A DNA stretch of 64,000 bases from Candidatus Sericytochromatia bacterium (GTDB taxonomy: Bacteria > Cyanobacteriota > Sericytochromatia > S15B-MN24 > JAQBPE01). Under the pieces are notes generated by a model. That model saw only the letters and a list, made by a program, of their open reading frames with translations. It did no database searches and was not told the DNA's origin. The translations under genes were made by a program, and so were the position numbers. Where the stretch lies: contig JAYKIL010000012.1 of NCBI GenBank assembly GCA_035284745.1, forward strand, positions 86,605-150,604. The letters run 5' to 3'. This document shows, piece after piece, positions 9,515 to 19,093 of this stretch. Position 1 is the stretch's first letter. Every line of letters begins with the position of its first letter.

Positions 9515-9684
9515 ACGGCTTGAACTCCTAGTAACGCAAACGAGCAACCCGTCAGGGGACCAGAGTGCTGATGCGTATTCGGGCCGCTCAATCTCATCTG
9601 GACACAGATGCCACCGCTCAGCCCGCGAGCAATGTTCAGCAATTCCATGGGCTTATACCCCACGCGCAGAGGGCGTAGCAAGCC

Positions 9685-9700
9685 TTCACGAAGATTTACG
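9685..9700 (+). promoter_or_regulatory. Candidate OmpR-family direct-repeat box (TTCACG-N4-TTTACG) in the divergent intergenic region
   Basis: Hexamer direct repeat with 10-bp periodicity at 9685-9690 and 9695-9700, followed by an A-rich third turn. It lies between the response-regulator start (9514) and the outer-membrane-protein start (9773). Confidence 0.25.
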
Positions 9701-9772
9701 TTTAAAAACACTCCCAAAGCAAGTATCCAAGGGACTTTACGGAAAAACAGGGGGTATCATGCATCCATCACG

Positions 9773-12733
9773 ATGCCGATGCCTCCCCTCTGCTCAAAAA
9801 ACTTTCGAGCCCTTCTTCTGTTGGGCGCGTGCCTTGGGGCCACGTGGCCCTCAGTTCCTGCGTGGGCGGCGAACCATCCCGAACGACGCTGGAGGATACA
9901 CGACAGCGAACACTTCCGCCTTCACTTTTTTCCCGAAATCCAAGGCACTGCCGAACGCGTATTGTCAGCAGCCGAAGAAGTTTATGCACGCCTGCGGTAC
10001 GACTTTGGGGCCCCCGAGGGGGCCCGTATTCCAATCATTCTCGATCCTGATGCGTTTTTTAACGGAGAAGCGGAACCTTTCAAGGATCGAATCACCCTAG
10101 ACCCCGCGTTGACATCATCCTCCATCGTCGGCACGCGACGATTCGTCGCCCACGAATTGGCGCACGTGATGACTTTTCGCTCGCTTTCAACAGGACACGT
10201 TCTATCCAAACTCAACGGCCTCAGTACCATTCCAACTTGGTTTCTCGAAGGGGTGGCCCAGTACGAGGCGGAGTATTGGTACCCGAGTTTGGACCGGATG
10301 CTCAGACTCTCAACGCTTGAAGACAAACTGCTAACGGCCAGTGAGCGACAGCATTTTAGAACGCTGGGAGTTCACTCGGCTGCGGCCGGATATACCGAAG
10401 GATATTCCCTGTGTCGCTTCATTTTTGAGACTTATGGCCACAGAAGCCTCTCCAGGCTCATGAAACGATTGCGAAGCGGCAAAGGCAACTTCGAGAGCGC
10501 CATCAAAGCGACCTTCGGAAAGTCCCTGCAACAACTGGAAGCGGAATGGCGGACAGGGCTGAATCGGGGTTACCAAAAACAGGTGTCCCCCAAGCACGAC
10601 CAAGTTCCCGGAGCGCAAACGGTCATCGCTTCACGCGAAGGCGAAATTCACATCCAACCGAAGATGAGAGCCGATGGCCGGCAATTGGCATTTCTTACCA
10701 GCCGTCATCAAGGACGTTTCTTATATCTGCGCGGCCAAGTCTTCGGTTTTCTCTCCCTGGCCTTGGCAAACTCAAGGGGTGAACAAGTCAATATTTTGCC
10801 AGTCGCCCAAGGCACCATCAGCGCATTCGCTTGGTCACCCAAGGGCGATCGGTTGGCTTTTTTACAAGGGGTCCGAGACGCATCCAATACCCCAATTTTT
10901 TCCCTTTTTTCCTACGAGATTGCATCGGGCCGACTCGAACGCCTGAGCCAGGACGAGAACGTCGTCGCCCTGAGTTGGAGACCTGGTAGCTCTGAAATTG
11001 CCTTTGTGAGCGTCAACGATGGAAACAACACCTTAAAGCTGGTCAACAGGTACACCCGAAAAACCCGTACCGTCTATCAAGTGCCTGACCTCGTGCAATG
11101 GCGGGATATCCAGTTCAATCCTGATGGCTCGTCATTGGCACTGGTGGCCTTTAAGCCTGGTGAAAACGGCCGTTTGCTCCACTTTGACCTCAGCCAAGGA
11201 CTCACACGAGTCCTTGGCGAACAGCGCCAGAAAGGATCTGACAGTCACCCGTGTTGGACGCCGGATGGCCGCAACGTCATCTACAGTTCTGAAAAAAGCG
11301 GCTTCAGCCAGCTTTATTCTCTCGAATTGAGTACGGGAAAGGAAACGGCTCTCACCAATACATTCCGCGGCGCGGAGACCCCATCAATCACTCCTGACGG
11401 AAAATTCGTTTACTATACAACGTACCTGGCCCAGGGAAGTCGCATTGAAAAACTGGCGATAGGGCAGGCCTCCGACGCAGAAAAAAGGCACCCGAGTGTC
11501 CAGCCAGAAAACGGGTTCAGCCTCCCCCACGGAAACGCAAAAGGTGGCGAATTATGGGACGCGAGCAAGCCCGTAATTCCCGCGGAGAATGTCAGTTTTT
11601 TCCAAGTGGGGGCTCAATCGCCACAGCTGCCGTGGAGACGGCGCGCTCCCTTCGAGCGTCAGCCCCCCCCTCCGTGGCCGCCCATTGATGAGGCGCACGC
11701 CAAACCCTATCAACCGGCGATGAGCAATGACCTGCTCATTCCTCAAATGACGGTGGATGAACGCGGGCAACAAATCGGGGTCGCCGGAACTTACAGCGAC
11801 ATTCTGCAACACCACGAATTAGGCCTCGATGTCCGTTGGGGGCTCTGGAGCCAAAGATTTAGCTACAATGCGTCTTACACAAACAAAATGAACACTTTCT
11901 CGTGGAATGCCAGCCTTTTCGATGTCCCTCAACTGGCAATCGCGCCCGAGGTCCGCAGTGAGAGCCGCCCTCTCTTTGAACACCTCTACCTCCAACGCCG
12001 GCGGGGTTTACGCTTCGATATCGAGACTCCCCTCGGCGCAGGGCGTCACCTTCTTACCAGCGCTCAATGGAGCACACTGGGAACGCTGCTGGCTCCGCTC
12101 TCCGGCTCAAACACGCTTCAGGAAGGGAGTTTGAACACGGTCGGTGCCGTGTACCGAGAACAACGTGTGCGCCCTGATGTAGATCAAGACATCAACCCAG
12201 GCGATGGTTACCGTCTCGCGATCGCCGGCACGGTGGCGGACAGACGCCTCGGCAGCGCCTATGACTTTTCGCAATTAAACGTCGTCGGCGAACGGTACTA
12301 TCCCATCATCAGAGACTGGCGCCATCACCTCACCTGGCGTTGGGGGCTCGGGATGCAAACAGGCGACTCGCCCGTACCTTTTCTGCTGGGAGGCCCCAAT
12401 GCCTCGGCACAACTCTTTGCGCTCCGGGGTTATGCGGTGGGAAGTTTTTCTGGCAACCGCCTCGCCAGCACTGGATTGGAGTACGTGTTTCCGGTATTCA
12501 AACACCTTGATCGTACATTAGGACCTCTCTATCTTGACCGCTGCTACATGTCTACCTTCCTAGACACCGGGGGTGCCTGGCAAGACACACTGTCTCCCCG
12601 CGTTGGAAGTAGCATGGGCGGTGAAATACGCCTGCGGGGAACCGTGATGGGGCGGCAAAATCTCACCGTGCGCTTGGGCTTCGCGCAGGCTCTCGGGGGG
12701 GATAACGGCTCTGGATTCTATCTCACCTTCTGA
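9773..12733 (+). CDS. Large secreted multidomain protein: zincin-like (HExxH) domain, TolB-like PD40 beta-propeller, and a C-terminal putative outer-membrane beta-barrel
   Basis: Start taken at MPMPPLCSKNFRALLLLGACLGATWPSVPAWA (signal peptide). AHELAHV zincin motif. PD40-like repeats PDGRQLAFLTS, SPKGDRLAFLQ, PDGSSLALVAF, TPDGRNVIYSS and TPDGKFVYYT. The C-terminal ~430 aa have alternating hydrophobic residues and end ...GSGFYLTF, a terminal Phe typical of beta-barrel outer-membrane proteins. Confidence 0.65.
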   Translation: MPMPPLCSKNFRALLLLGACLGATWPSVPAWAANHPERRWRIHDSEHFRLHFFPEIQGTAERVLSAAEEVYARLRYDFGAPEGARIPIILDPDAFFNGEAEPFKDRITLDPALTSSSIVGTRRFVAHELAHVMTFRSLSTGHVLSKLNGLSTIPTWFLEGVAQYEAEYWYPSLDRMLRLSTLEDKLLTASERQHFRTLGVHSAAAGYTEGYSLCRFIFETYGHRSLSRLMKRLRSGKGNFESAIKATFGKSLQQLEAEWRTGLNRGYQKQVSPKHDQVPGAQTVIASREGEIHIQPKMRADGRQLAFLTSRHQGRFLYLRGQVFGFLSLALANSRGEQVNILPVAQGTISAFAWSPKGDRLAFLQGVRDASNTPIFSLFSYEIASGRLERLSQDENVVALSWRPGSSEIAFVSVNDGNNTLKLVNRYTRKTRTVYQVPDLVQWRDIQFNPDGSSLALVAFKPGENGRLLHFDLSQGLTRVLGEQRQKGSDSHPCWTPDGRNVIYSSEKSGFSQLYSLELSTGKETALTNTFRGAETPSITPDGKFVYYTTYLAQGSRIEKLAIGQASDAEKRHPSVQPENGFSLPHGNAKGGELWDASKPVIPAENVSFFQVGAQSPQLPWRRRAPFERQPPPPWPPIDEAHAKPYQPAMSNDLLIPQMTVDERGQQIGVAGTYSDILQHHELGLDVRWGLWSQRFSYNASYTNKMNTFSWNASLFDVPQLAIAPEVRSESRPLFEHLYLQRRRGLRFDIETPLGAGRHLLTSAQWSTLGTLLAPLSGSNTLQEGSLNTVGAVYREQRVRPDVDQDINPGDGYRLAIAGTVADRRLGSAYDFSQLNVVGERYYPIIRDWRHHLTWRWGLGMQTGDSPVPFLLGGPNASAQLFALRGYAVGSFSGNRLASTGLEYVFPVFKHLDRTLGPLYLDRCYMSTFLDTGGAWQDTLSPRVGSSMGGEIRLRGTVMGRQNLTVRLGFAQALGGDNGSGFYLTF

Positions 12734-12783
12734 CTCGGGCAAAAGTTTGCTACGATGTCTGCCACCGGAAGAAGGAGAATCCT

Positions 12784-13557
12784 ATGCCCTCGATGGCTTA
12801 TCAAGATCTGATGTCGCTCAAGGCGCACTGGGGAAGGCCCCTGATCATGGGACATCGCGGCGCGATGGGGCACGCGCCGGAAAATACGATGGCGTCATTC
12901 AAGCTCGCCCACGAAATGAAAGTCGACGCGATTGAACTGGATGTTCACCTGAGCCGTGACGGTTGTCTCGTGGTTCATCATGACGAAGCACTCGAACGGA
13001 CAACCAATGGCCGCGGGGAGTTGGCGGACCTAACGCTTGAACAGTTAAAGCAGTTGGACGCGGGAAGTCATTTTTCGCAAGACTTTTCAGGCGAGCAAAT
13101 TCCCACCCTCGAGGAGGTCTTGGCGTGGGCGCGGCCCTTGAATTTGCCCGTCGTGATTGAGTTTAAGCGCAATCCCAACGCACCGGCGATCGTGAAGGCA
13201 GCCACCGACCTGATTGACCGCCTCGACGCGGGAGCACATGTTGCTTTCATCTCATTCGACCACTTTGTTCCGGCAGGTCTCAAACAGATTCGGCCCCAAT
13301 GGTGCACGGGAGTTCTTTACGCCGCACGCCCGATTGATCCAGTCCACCTTGCCACGAGCGCAGGCGCCGATGGTCTCTTGCCGAATTTTTACTTCGTCGA
13401 CAAAGAAATGGTCGCGGCCGCCCATCAGGCAAATAAATGGGTGGGATGCTGGGCGCCGAACTCAGAACGAGAGTTAGGCTATACCCTGATGCAAGGCGTC
13501 GATATGATCGGCACAAATTTTCCCGATCGTCTGCACGCTCTGATCAATCGCAGCTAA
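12784..13557 (+). CDS. Glycerophosphodiester phosphodiesterase (GDPD family)
   Basis: AAGGAG RBS. Motifs LIMGHRGAMGHAPENT and ELDVHLSRDGCLVVHHDE, the GDPD catalytic His/Glu/Asp signature. Confidence 0.8.
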   Translation: MPSMAYQDLMSLKAHWGRPLIMGHRGAMGHAPENTMASFKLAHEMKVDAIELDVHLSRDGCLVVHHDEALERTTNGRGELADLTLEQLKQLDAGSHFSQDFSGEQIPTLEEVLAWARPLNLPVVIEFKRNPNAPAIVKAATDLIDRLDAGAHVAFISFDHFVPAGLKQIRPQWCTGVLYAARPIDPVHLATSAGADGLLPNFYFVDKEMVAAAHQANKWVGCWAPNSERELGYTLMQGVDMIGTNFPDRLHALINRS

Positions 13558-13578
13558 GACAAAGACAAGGAGAAAGTT

Positions 13579-15012
13579 GTGGGAAAAAGCCTCCAGCCAC
13601 TGCGAGTGGGGGATCGGCCGGCCCTTCAAGTGGAAGAAATGGTCGTTGGTGGGGAATCGCTGGCTCGTTATGAGGGCCTCCCTGTTTTCATCCCTTTTGG
13701 CGTGCCCGGGGACCGGCTCATCGCCCGCGTCATCAGTACAAAGCCCGGTTATGCCCGTGCTTTGATCGAAGAAATAGACGCCCCCGGGGTCGCGCGCGAA
13801 GAACCGCCTTGCGATGTTTTTGGTGTATGCGGGGGGTGTCAGTGGCAAATGCTATCCCGCGCTGCTCAAGCCCAGTGGAAAAAGGCCATTGTAGAAGACA
13901 GTCTGAGGCGAATCGCCGGGATCTCCCCCGAAAATATAGTGGCCGACTGTTTATCATCGCCAGAATTTTGGCACTACAGAAACAAAGTCCACTGGGCCAT
14001 TGAACACACTGCTGATGGGTGGAAATTAGGCTTGTTCGAACCACGCAGTCACCGGGTCGTGACGACCTCGGCCTGCGCGCTACAACATCCCACCCTTACC
14101 GCCGCGCAACACGCCTTGGAAGCGGCGCTCGAAACCCTCCAACTGACTGCCTATTCAGAACAAAAGCAAACCGGATTTTTGCGCTCGACATTCGCAAAAG
14201 TGGGGCATCGTTCGGGCGAACTGATGGTGGGCATTGTGACGCGCGAAGCAAGTTTTCCCCAAGCGAATTTGCTCGTCGAACGGCTGCGTGAACAATTACC
14301 TCATCTCACCACGGTGGTACAAAATGTTCACCGCTCAGCAGGCAACAAACTGATGGGCCCAGAAACAAGAACCCTTTATGGTCCGGGTGTTATCAAAGAG
14401 GAGCTCAATACCGGCCCAACACACCGCCCGCTGACGCTTTCAATCTCTCCTGTGTCGTTCTTTCAAGTCAACGGAGCAGCGGTCGAGATCCTATACGATG
14501 CCATCGCCAATGCATGTGGCTTGCCCAAAGAAGGCCCGGTGGGCACGGGGCCTCACATTATCGATGCGTACTCAGGAACAGGCGCCATCGCCCTGTTTCT
14601 TGCAGCCAGAGGCGCAGGCAAAGTCACAGGCATTGAAATCATCACCGCGGCGACGAACGACGCGGCGCATAACGCGTCCGTAAACGGGTTGGAATCCCGC
14701 GTTCAGTTCATCACGGGAGCCGTCGAAAATCTCCTCGGTGGTCTGCTGCACGAGATTAGCGAGAAACAGACCATTGTTTTGGACCCACCCCGCAAAGGCT
14801 GTGAGACGGCGGTTATTGACGCGTTGCTGACGCATCACCCAGAACGCATCGTTTATGTTTCTTGCAATCCCGCGACCCAGGCGCGTGACATCAAACGGCT
14901 CACCGCCGGAGGATATCAACTCCAGCGGGTGCAGCCCGTCGATATGTTTCCCCAAACAGCGCACGTTGAATGCATCGCAGAACTACGCTGGTCCCCCAAC
15001 ACCCAAATCTAG
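13579..15012 (+). CDS. rlmD: 23S rRNA (uracil-5)-methyltransferase RlmD/RumA family (TRAM domain, 4Fe-4S, SAM methyltransferase)
   Basis: GTG start after AAGGAG. TRAM-like N-terminus, Cys cluster CDVFGVCGGCQWQ, SAM motif IDAYSGTGAIALFLA, and the catalytic region DPPRKG...YVSCNPAT. Confidence 0.8.
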   Translation: MGKSLQPLRVGDRPALQVEEMVVGGESLARYEGLPVFIPFGVPGDRLIARVISTKPGYARALIEEIDAPGVAREEPPCDVFGVCGGCQWQMLSRAAQAQWKKAIVEDSLRRIAGISPENIVADCLSSPEFWHYRNKVHWAIEHTADGWKLGLFEPRSHRVVTTSACALQHPTLTAAQHALEAALETLQLTAYSEQKQTGFLRSTFAKVGHRSGELMVGIVTREASFPQANLLVERLREQLPHLTTVVQNVHRSAGNKLMGPETRTLYGPGVIKEELNTGPTHRPLTLSISPVSFFQVNGAAVEILYDAIANACGLPKEGPVGTGPHIIDAYSGTGAIALFLAARGAGKVTGIEIITAATNDAAHNASVNGLESRVQFITGAVENLLGGLLHEISEKQTIVLDPPRKGCETAVIDALLTHHPERIVYVSCNPATQARDIKRLTAGGYQLQRVQPVDMFPQTAHVECIAELRWSPNTQI

Positions 15013-15069
15013 CCATTTTTTTGGGTCAACGTGGGCCGGGGGACCGCAAAAAATCATCATAGCGAAATG

Positions 15070-15669
15070 TTATCTGCCACCAAATGCATCGCGGATCGTG
15101 CCCACCACGCCTCGATACAGCGAAGAGTCTCTCAACATTCCAGCCACCAAACCATATCCGCCGATGCCCGCAACACCCGCCACGATGGAGCCCAACACGC
15201 CAGTCACAGGAAGGATTGCCAAGACAGTGGCCCCCGCAATGGCAGCCCCGGCACCACCTGCGAAACCACACATGGTGTCGCCCGCCAATCGCCCTGCGAA
15301 CGTCCCAAAACCGATACTCCCCTGGGCCAAACGCACACCATTGGAAAAAGCCGAAATAGCCGCTTCGAAAACAGCAGAACGTGTCATCAAGGGCATTGCA
15401 GCGCCAGCAAGGCCTTTCAAAGAGCTAAAAAATGCATTGCCTCTCAGGCCTTTGACCGCCCGAAACAAGGAAGACAATTCGCCCCCCAGAGCTTGCTTTC
15501 CGTCAATTCCTGTCTTCGCGGCATTCCAAAGATGAGCCAGTGAGCGCCCTTGGTCGACCCAATCCCCTTGTGTGAAGCTTTGAACGATGCCACCGCCAGA
15601 CGCTCCCACTGCGCCCAATGGAGCGGGTGGGTAGAGGTTTCCTTGAGGGGATTGCCCAATGACGGTCAT
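15070..15669 (-). CDS. Hypothetical glycine-zipper protein (Gly/Ala-rich, C-terminal GxxxG-repeat helices)
   Basis: Strong SD (AAGGAG, 7 nt) before the ATG at 15669. The C-terminal 60 aa are AGGAGAAIAGATVLAILPVTGVLGSIVAGVAGIGGYGLVAG with repeated GxxxG. No N-terminal signal peptide. ORFs on the opposite strand look like P/S-rich shadows. Confidence 0.55.
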   Translation of the reverse strand: MTVIGQSPQGNLYPPAPLGAVGASGGGIVQSFTQGDWVDQGRSLAHLWNAAKTGIDGKQALGGELSSLFRAVKGLRGNAFFSSLKGLAGAAMPLMTRSAVFEAAISAFSNGVRLAQGSIGFGTFAGRLAGDTMCGFAGGAGAAIAGATVLAILPVTGVLGSIVAGVAGIGGYGLVAGMLRDSSLYRGVVGTIRDAFGGR

Positions 15670-15810
15670 CGCAGACTCCTTCTTTTTTCCAGGCGGTCAC
15701 AACAAGACCACGGGGGTTCAAAGGAATGACGGCCCCGGGACAATGAGTAAGGACTCACCGCCAAGAACGAGTGGATGCAGCAATTCCCGAACCTTGACCT
15801 CCTTGTCGCC

Positions 15811-15867
15811 GTTCATCAGGCGTTAATAGATTAAATAAAGTTTAAATTTTAATTTTTTTTGATGAAC
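15811..15867. promoter_or_regulatory. AT-rich island (TTAATAGATTAAATAAAGTTTAAATTTTAATTTTTTTT) flanked by an 8-bp inverted repeat; probable promoter for the glycine-zipper gene
   Basis: The only stretch above 90% AT in a roughly 65% GC window. Inverted repeat GTTCATCA (15811-15818) / TGATGAAC (15860-15867). On the minus strand it gives TTAAAA-N18-TATTAA, sigma70-like, about 150 nt upstream of the 15669 start. Confidence 0.35.
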
Positions 15868-15868
15868 G

Positions 15869-16594
15869 TCAACGAGAGAGTGAGCCAACCGACACCTGCT
15901 GCAACACGTGATTGGGCAGCACGTGTTCAAGAAACAGCGGAACCAAGGCTGGATCAAAAACAATTCCAGACAGACCTTCGATCTCTCGAGCCACATCATC
16001 GGGCACCAACGCCCCGCGGTATGGGCGAGGATGCAGCATGGCCTCGGCACTGTCAGCCAAACGCAAAATTCTAGACGCCAAAGGAATATCAACCCCTGCT
16101 AACCCATCCGGAAAGCCCAAACCATCCCACCGCTCGTGCGCCCAGCGCACCCAGGTCGCCATCTCCGCGTCACGGGTGAGGTCCAATACCTGAGCCGCTC
16201 CTTTCACCGAATGACGCCATATCTGAGCATTCTCAGCGGGAGAAAGGGAGCCTGGTTTCGCAATCAACGCCTCGGGAACCTCAAGCATCCCAAGGTCGTG
16301 AAAGATGGCCGCCTGGTGGATTCGCTCACGCGTCTCACGGGGCAGGCCAGCTGCGCCTGCCAGCGCCAGCGCCAGAGCCGCTACGCGCTCGGAATGTCCC
16401 CGGGGATAACGTTCGTGGGCATCCGCACGCGCAACGAGATCGCCCGGCTCCGCCGCCGGGAGGGGACGCCGGGATTCTCGACGCCGAGGCACCACAGGAC
16501 GGCTGGGGGGAAAGAACAGGTAAACCGCCACCAACACCGCCGCAAAAAAGAACAAATAGCCGACAAGTTGAATCCAATCCGGCAAACTCGCCAC
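15869..16594 (-). CDS. HD-GYP domain phosphodiesterase with N-terminal TM helix
   Basis: GTG start 8 nt after GGGAGG. Hydrophobic N-terminus LVGYLFFFAAVLVAVYLFF. HD motif AAIFHDLGM and the GYP-region HERWDGLGFPDGL. Confidence 0.75.
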   Translation of the reverse strand: MASLPDWIQLVGYLFFFAAVLVAVYLFFPPSRPVVPRRRESRRPLPAAEPGDLVARADAHERYPRGHSERVAALALALAGAAGLPRETRERIHQAAIFHDLGMLEVPEALIAKPGSLSPAENAQIWRHSVKGAAQVLDLTRDAEMATWVRWAHERWDGLGFPDGLAGVDIPLASRILRLADSAEAMLHPRPYRGALVPDDVAREIEGLSGIVFDPALVPLFLEHVLPNHVLQQVSVGSLSR

Positions 16595-16639
16595 GCCGAA
16601 ACCTCCCTCGACTCACTCAAGGCACTCAACAATGATAAA

Positions 16640-16663
16640 CCTTCTCCCCTGTCGGGGAGAAGG
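16640..16663 (-). terminator. Intrinsic terminator downstream of hppA
   Basis: Perfect 10-bp inverted repeat CCTTCTCCCC/GGGGAGAAGG with a 4-nt loop. It is followed on the minus strand by a TTTATCATT run, 55 nt after the hppA stop. Confidence 0.5.
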
Positions 16664-16717
16664 TTCAAGAGCAGCAATGCGCGCAGGAGACTCACCGTTC
16701 CGGCGCAGACTTGCGAC

Positions 16718-18937
16718 CTAGGGTGCGTCCGACGACGGCGCAGGGGATTCCGCACCGGCAGGCGCCTCATTAATCACCGGAGTCTCACTGGGAGGTGTAC
16801 TCTCCGGTTCGGCTGAGGGTTGCGCGGCAGGGAGCGCCGAGCTCGTCACACCGTGTGGAGCAGCCACGGAGGGACCAATCGCTTTTGGCTCCTTGTGAAC
16901 ACTCAACATGAAGGGGATCAGAAGCAATGCCACGATGTTCAAGATTTTGATCATCGGGTTCAATGCCGGCCCAGCGGTGTCTTTGAAAGGATCACCCACG
17001 GTGTCACCCACAACGGCAGCAGCGTGCGCAGGGGTTCCTTTCGCACCCTTGATCTCAATGAGCTTCTTGCCATTGTCCCAAGCGGCACCGCCCGTCGTCA
17101 TCATCAAAGCCAGCGTCAAGCCGGTGATGATGGCACCGACCAGCAGACCACCCAACGCAATGGGGCCGAGTAACATTCCAACGGCAATCGGAATGACCAC
17201 TGCCAGGACACCTGGCAGGAACATTTCGCGAATGGCAGCCTCGGTCACAATCGCCACGCAGCGATCATATTGCGGTTTATTCTTGCCTTCAAGAATGCCC
17301 AATTCACGGAACTGACGACGCACCTCCGTGATAACTGACTGCGCGGCCTTCGAGACCGCCTTCATGAAGATGGCACCGAAGAAGAACGGCAACACGCCGC
17401 CAATGAACAAACCGGCAATCACTTGAGGATCAGCCAAGCTGAAGGTGACATACTGAGCGACACCCCCCGCCTTTGCCGCGGTTTCCGACATCGCCCGATA
17501 AAGGTCTTGGGTGTAGGACGCAAACAAAACCAATGCAGCCAACCCTGCCGAACCGATGGCATAGCCCTTGGTGACGGCCTTCGTCGTGTTACCAACAGCA
17601 TCCAACGCATCCGTGATCTGGCGAATTTCGTGGGGCAATTCGCTCATTTCGGCGATACCACCCGCGTTATCGGTGATGGGACCGAACGAGTCGATGGCCA
17701 CGACCATCCCCGCTGTGGAGAGCATTGAAACAGCAGCCACCGCGATGGCATACAAGCCCGCGCTGTAGTCACCGGCAAAACCGCCGGCGGCATAGAACGA
17801 AGCAATGATCGCAGCAACGATGACGAGCACAGGGGCCAAGGTCGACTCCATGCCGACGGCCAGACCTGCGATGATGTTGGTTGCAGCCCCCGTCTCCGAA
17901 GCCTCAGCGACGTCCTGAACCGGACGGTATTCCGTGGCCGTGTAGTACTCGGTAATGAAAGTGATGACCACCATCACCGCCAGGCCGATCAGGGCCGCCG
18001 AGAGGTACTGCCAAGGATTGGTCGGGAACATCTGGAATGTGAGATACGCGAAACCAAGCATCGAGACCAAGGCGGTCATCAAGGTGCCCCAATACAGGGC
18101 GTGCATGATGTTCTGGTTGCGCCCGAGCTTCACGCTGAAAGTTCCGACGATCGATGCCAAAATCGCGATGGCACCCAACCCAATCGGATAAAGAACGTAC
18201 GTCGCGTTGCTCGGGAAGAACAAATGGCCGAGCAACATCGCAGCGATCAAAGTCACCACGTAGGTTTCGAACAAGTCGGCGCCCATGCCCGCGCAGTCAC
18301 CCACGTTGTCACCCACATTGTCCGCAATCACGGCTGGGTTACGAGGATCGTCCTCGGGGATACCGGCTTCCACCTTGCCCACCAAGTCTGCGCCCACGTC
18401 GGCCGCCTTGGTGAAAATGCCGCCGCCCACCCGGGCGAAGAGCGAAATCAGGGACGCGCCAAAACCCATCCCAATGATGGTCTCGACGTCGTGGGTCGCG
18501 CCATAAAAGCCCGCAACCCCAAGCAAGCCCAAACCTGCGACCGCCAGACCTGTGACCGCGCCACCACGGAAGGCCACTTGCAAAGCAGGGGCCAGGCCCT
18601 TCTCTGCCGCAGCGGCCGTCCGCACATTGGAACGCACCGAAATATTCATTCCGACGTAACCGGCAGCCGCAGAGAACGCGGCGCCGATCGCGAAACCAAT
18701 GGCCGAGGTCCACGACATGGCAGCCCCGATCACAACGAACAAAACAGCGCCAACGATCGCCACCCATTTGTACTGGGTGTTGAGGTAAGCGCCTGCGCCT
18801 TCCTGAATGGCGGCTGCAATCTGCCGCATCCGGTCATTACCATCCGGCAGTCGCAAAATCCCCATGGCGAGGTAACCGCTGGTGGCCAGCGTTAGGACAG
18901 CGGCGACGACACTGCCCCAGATGATGTAATTTTCCAT
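16718..18937 (-). CDS. hppA: Membrane-bound proton/sodium-translocating pyrophosphatase
   Basis: ATG at 18937 sits 9 nt after AAGGAG (MENYIIWGS...). Canonical H+-PPase motifs GGG(I)[25 protein letters not shown](C)AG and [10 protein letters not shown]. The C-terminal ~55 aa are a Pro/Ala/Ser/Glu-rich extension. Confidence 0.9.
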   Translation of the reverse strand: MENYIIWGSVVAAVLTLATSGYLAMGILRLPDGNDRMRQIAAAIQEGAGAYLNTQYKWVAIVGAVLFVVIGAAMSWTSAIGFAIGAAFSAAAGYVGMNISVRSNVRTAAAAEKGLAPALQVAFRGGAVTGLAVAGLGLLGVAGFYGATHDVETIIGMGFGASLISLFARVGGGIFTKAADVGADLVGKVEAGIPEDDPRNPAVIADNVGDNVGDCAGMGADLFETYVVTLIAAMLLGHLFFPSNATYVLYPIGLGAIAILASIVGTFSVKLGRNQNIMHALYWGTLMTALVSMLGFAYLTFQMFPTNPWQYLSAALIGLAVMVVITFITEYYTATEYRPVQDVAEASETGAATNIIAGLAVGMESTLAPVLVIVAAIIASFYAAGGFAGDYSAGLYAIAVAAVSMLSTAGMVVAIDSFGPITDNAGGIAEMSELPHEIRQITDALDAVGNTTKAVTKGYAIGSAGLAALVLFASYTQDLYRAMSETAAKAGGVAQYVTFSLADPQVIAGLFIGGVLPFFFGAIFMKAVSKAAQSVITEVRRQFRELGILEGKNKPQYDRCVAIVTEAAIREMFLPGVLAVVIPIAVGMLLGPIALGGLLVGAIITGLTLALMMTTGGAAWDNGKKLIEIKGAKGTPAHAAAVVGDTVGDPFKDTAGPALNPMIKILNIVALLLIPFMLSVHKEPKAIGPSVAAPHGVTSSALPAAQPSAEPESTPPSETPVINEAPAGAESPAPSSDAP

Positions 18938-19093
18938 GATGACGTAGTACCTACTCCTTGCGAGACAATTGCGTGCGTGTTCGGTGCATGATGAAGCGAC
19001 AGCCAAACCGACGACTTAGCAAAATTTCAGCCTGTAATTTTACTTGCTTTTAATCCGTGCGGCAACCAAGGGACGAGAAAATCAGCAAACAAA

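Noticed and set aside
9459-10100. 213-aa plus-strand ORF overlapping the start of the large outer-membrane-protein gene
   Set aside because: Different frame from the 9773..12733 gene. No motifs. The ORF extension upstream of 9773 in the outer-membrane-protein frame also lacks a signal peptide, so the internal ATG was preferred.
15700-15810. 32-aa ORF (MNGDKEVKVRELLHPLVLGGESLLIVPGPSFL) in the 5' leader of the glycine-zipper gene, considered as a possible leader peptide
   Set aside because: No RBS and no obvious attenuator logic. Too speculative to list as a feature.
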